A stretch of DNA of 64,000 nt from Podarcis filfolensis (taxonomy: Eukaryota), in assembly GCA_964270895.1 (NCBI GenBank), contig OZ185452.1; one strand, written 5' to 3'. The position numbers and the translations under genes are program-made. How positions within the stretch are numbered: the stretch's first letter is position 1; every line of letters starts with the position of its first letter. The notes beneath the pieces were generated by a model. The model was given only the letters and a program-made list of their open reading frames with translations. It did no database searches and had not been told where the DNA came from. This document shows, piece by piece, positions 63,651-64,000 of the stretch.

Positions 63651-64000
63651 CTGACACCTGGTCACTGTATGGACAACTGTTCAAATATTATTGCCTGAGT
63701 TAGATCCCCCGCCTTCCCTCCCTGTCGCTTTTCCCTGGTGTGCCTTTAAAAAACGAAAGATCTTAAGCCTTCAGGCAGGGACTGTTTTGTTTTAGTTCAT
63801 TGATTCCCAAACTCAAAATAATTCCATGCCCTTTTTGAGGATTTAGTCTTACTGGAGTGCCCCTTCTCTGGTGAAGACAATTTGGAGGTAGCTTTAATAA
63901 TGTTTTATCTAGGCTAGAGCAAATGCAATATATGGTATTAATTTATTATATATAGCAAAAACTATGCATGCACACTACAAAGAGAAATAATTTCTCAAAA

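Overview
Vertebrate genomic DNA, most likely a lacertid-type lizard, judged from its Sauria SINE, BovB, CR1, L2 and hAT repeat content. The minus strand carries the 5' half of TAOK3 (STE20-family kinase). Eight GT-AG coding exons between 26533 and 2232 splice in frame to 737 nt (aa 1-245, most of the kinase domain), and a CpG-island promoter lies at about 57.4-58.3 kb. About 5 kb away, head-to-head on the plus strand, is SUDS3 exon 1 (63024-63240) with its own CpG island, as in the human TAOK3-SUDS3 arrangement. The largest insertion is a full-length 6.2-kb L1 LINE (15338-21533), antisense to TAOK3. It has a perfect 19-bp TSD, an intact ORF1, and an ORF2 broken by one nonsense codon and an 8-nt deletion. 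The introns and the inter-promoter interval hold many SINEs, LINE fragments, MITEs and microsatellites, plus a 144-N gap. I found no convincing novel multi-gene system. The most unusual signals are the non-canonical L1 target site, 25-bp arm micro-inversions in two independent hAT MITE copies, a MITE carrying six CCAAT boxes, a uORF ahead of the TAOK3 start codon, and a shared target 9-mer at two SINE insertions. Repeat family names come from recalled motifs, not a database search, and boundaries of old repeats are approximate.
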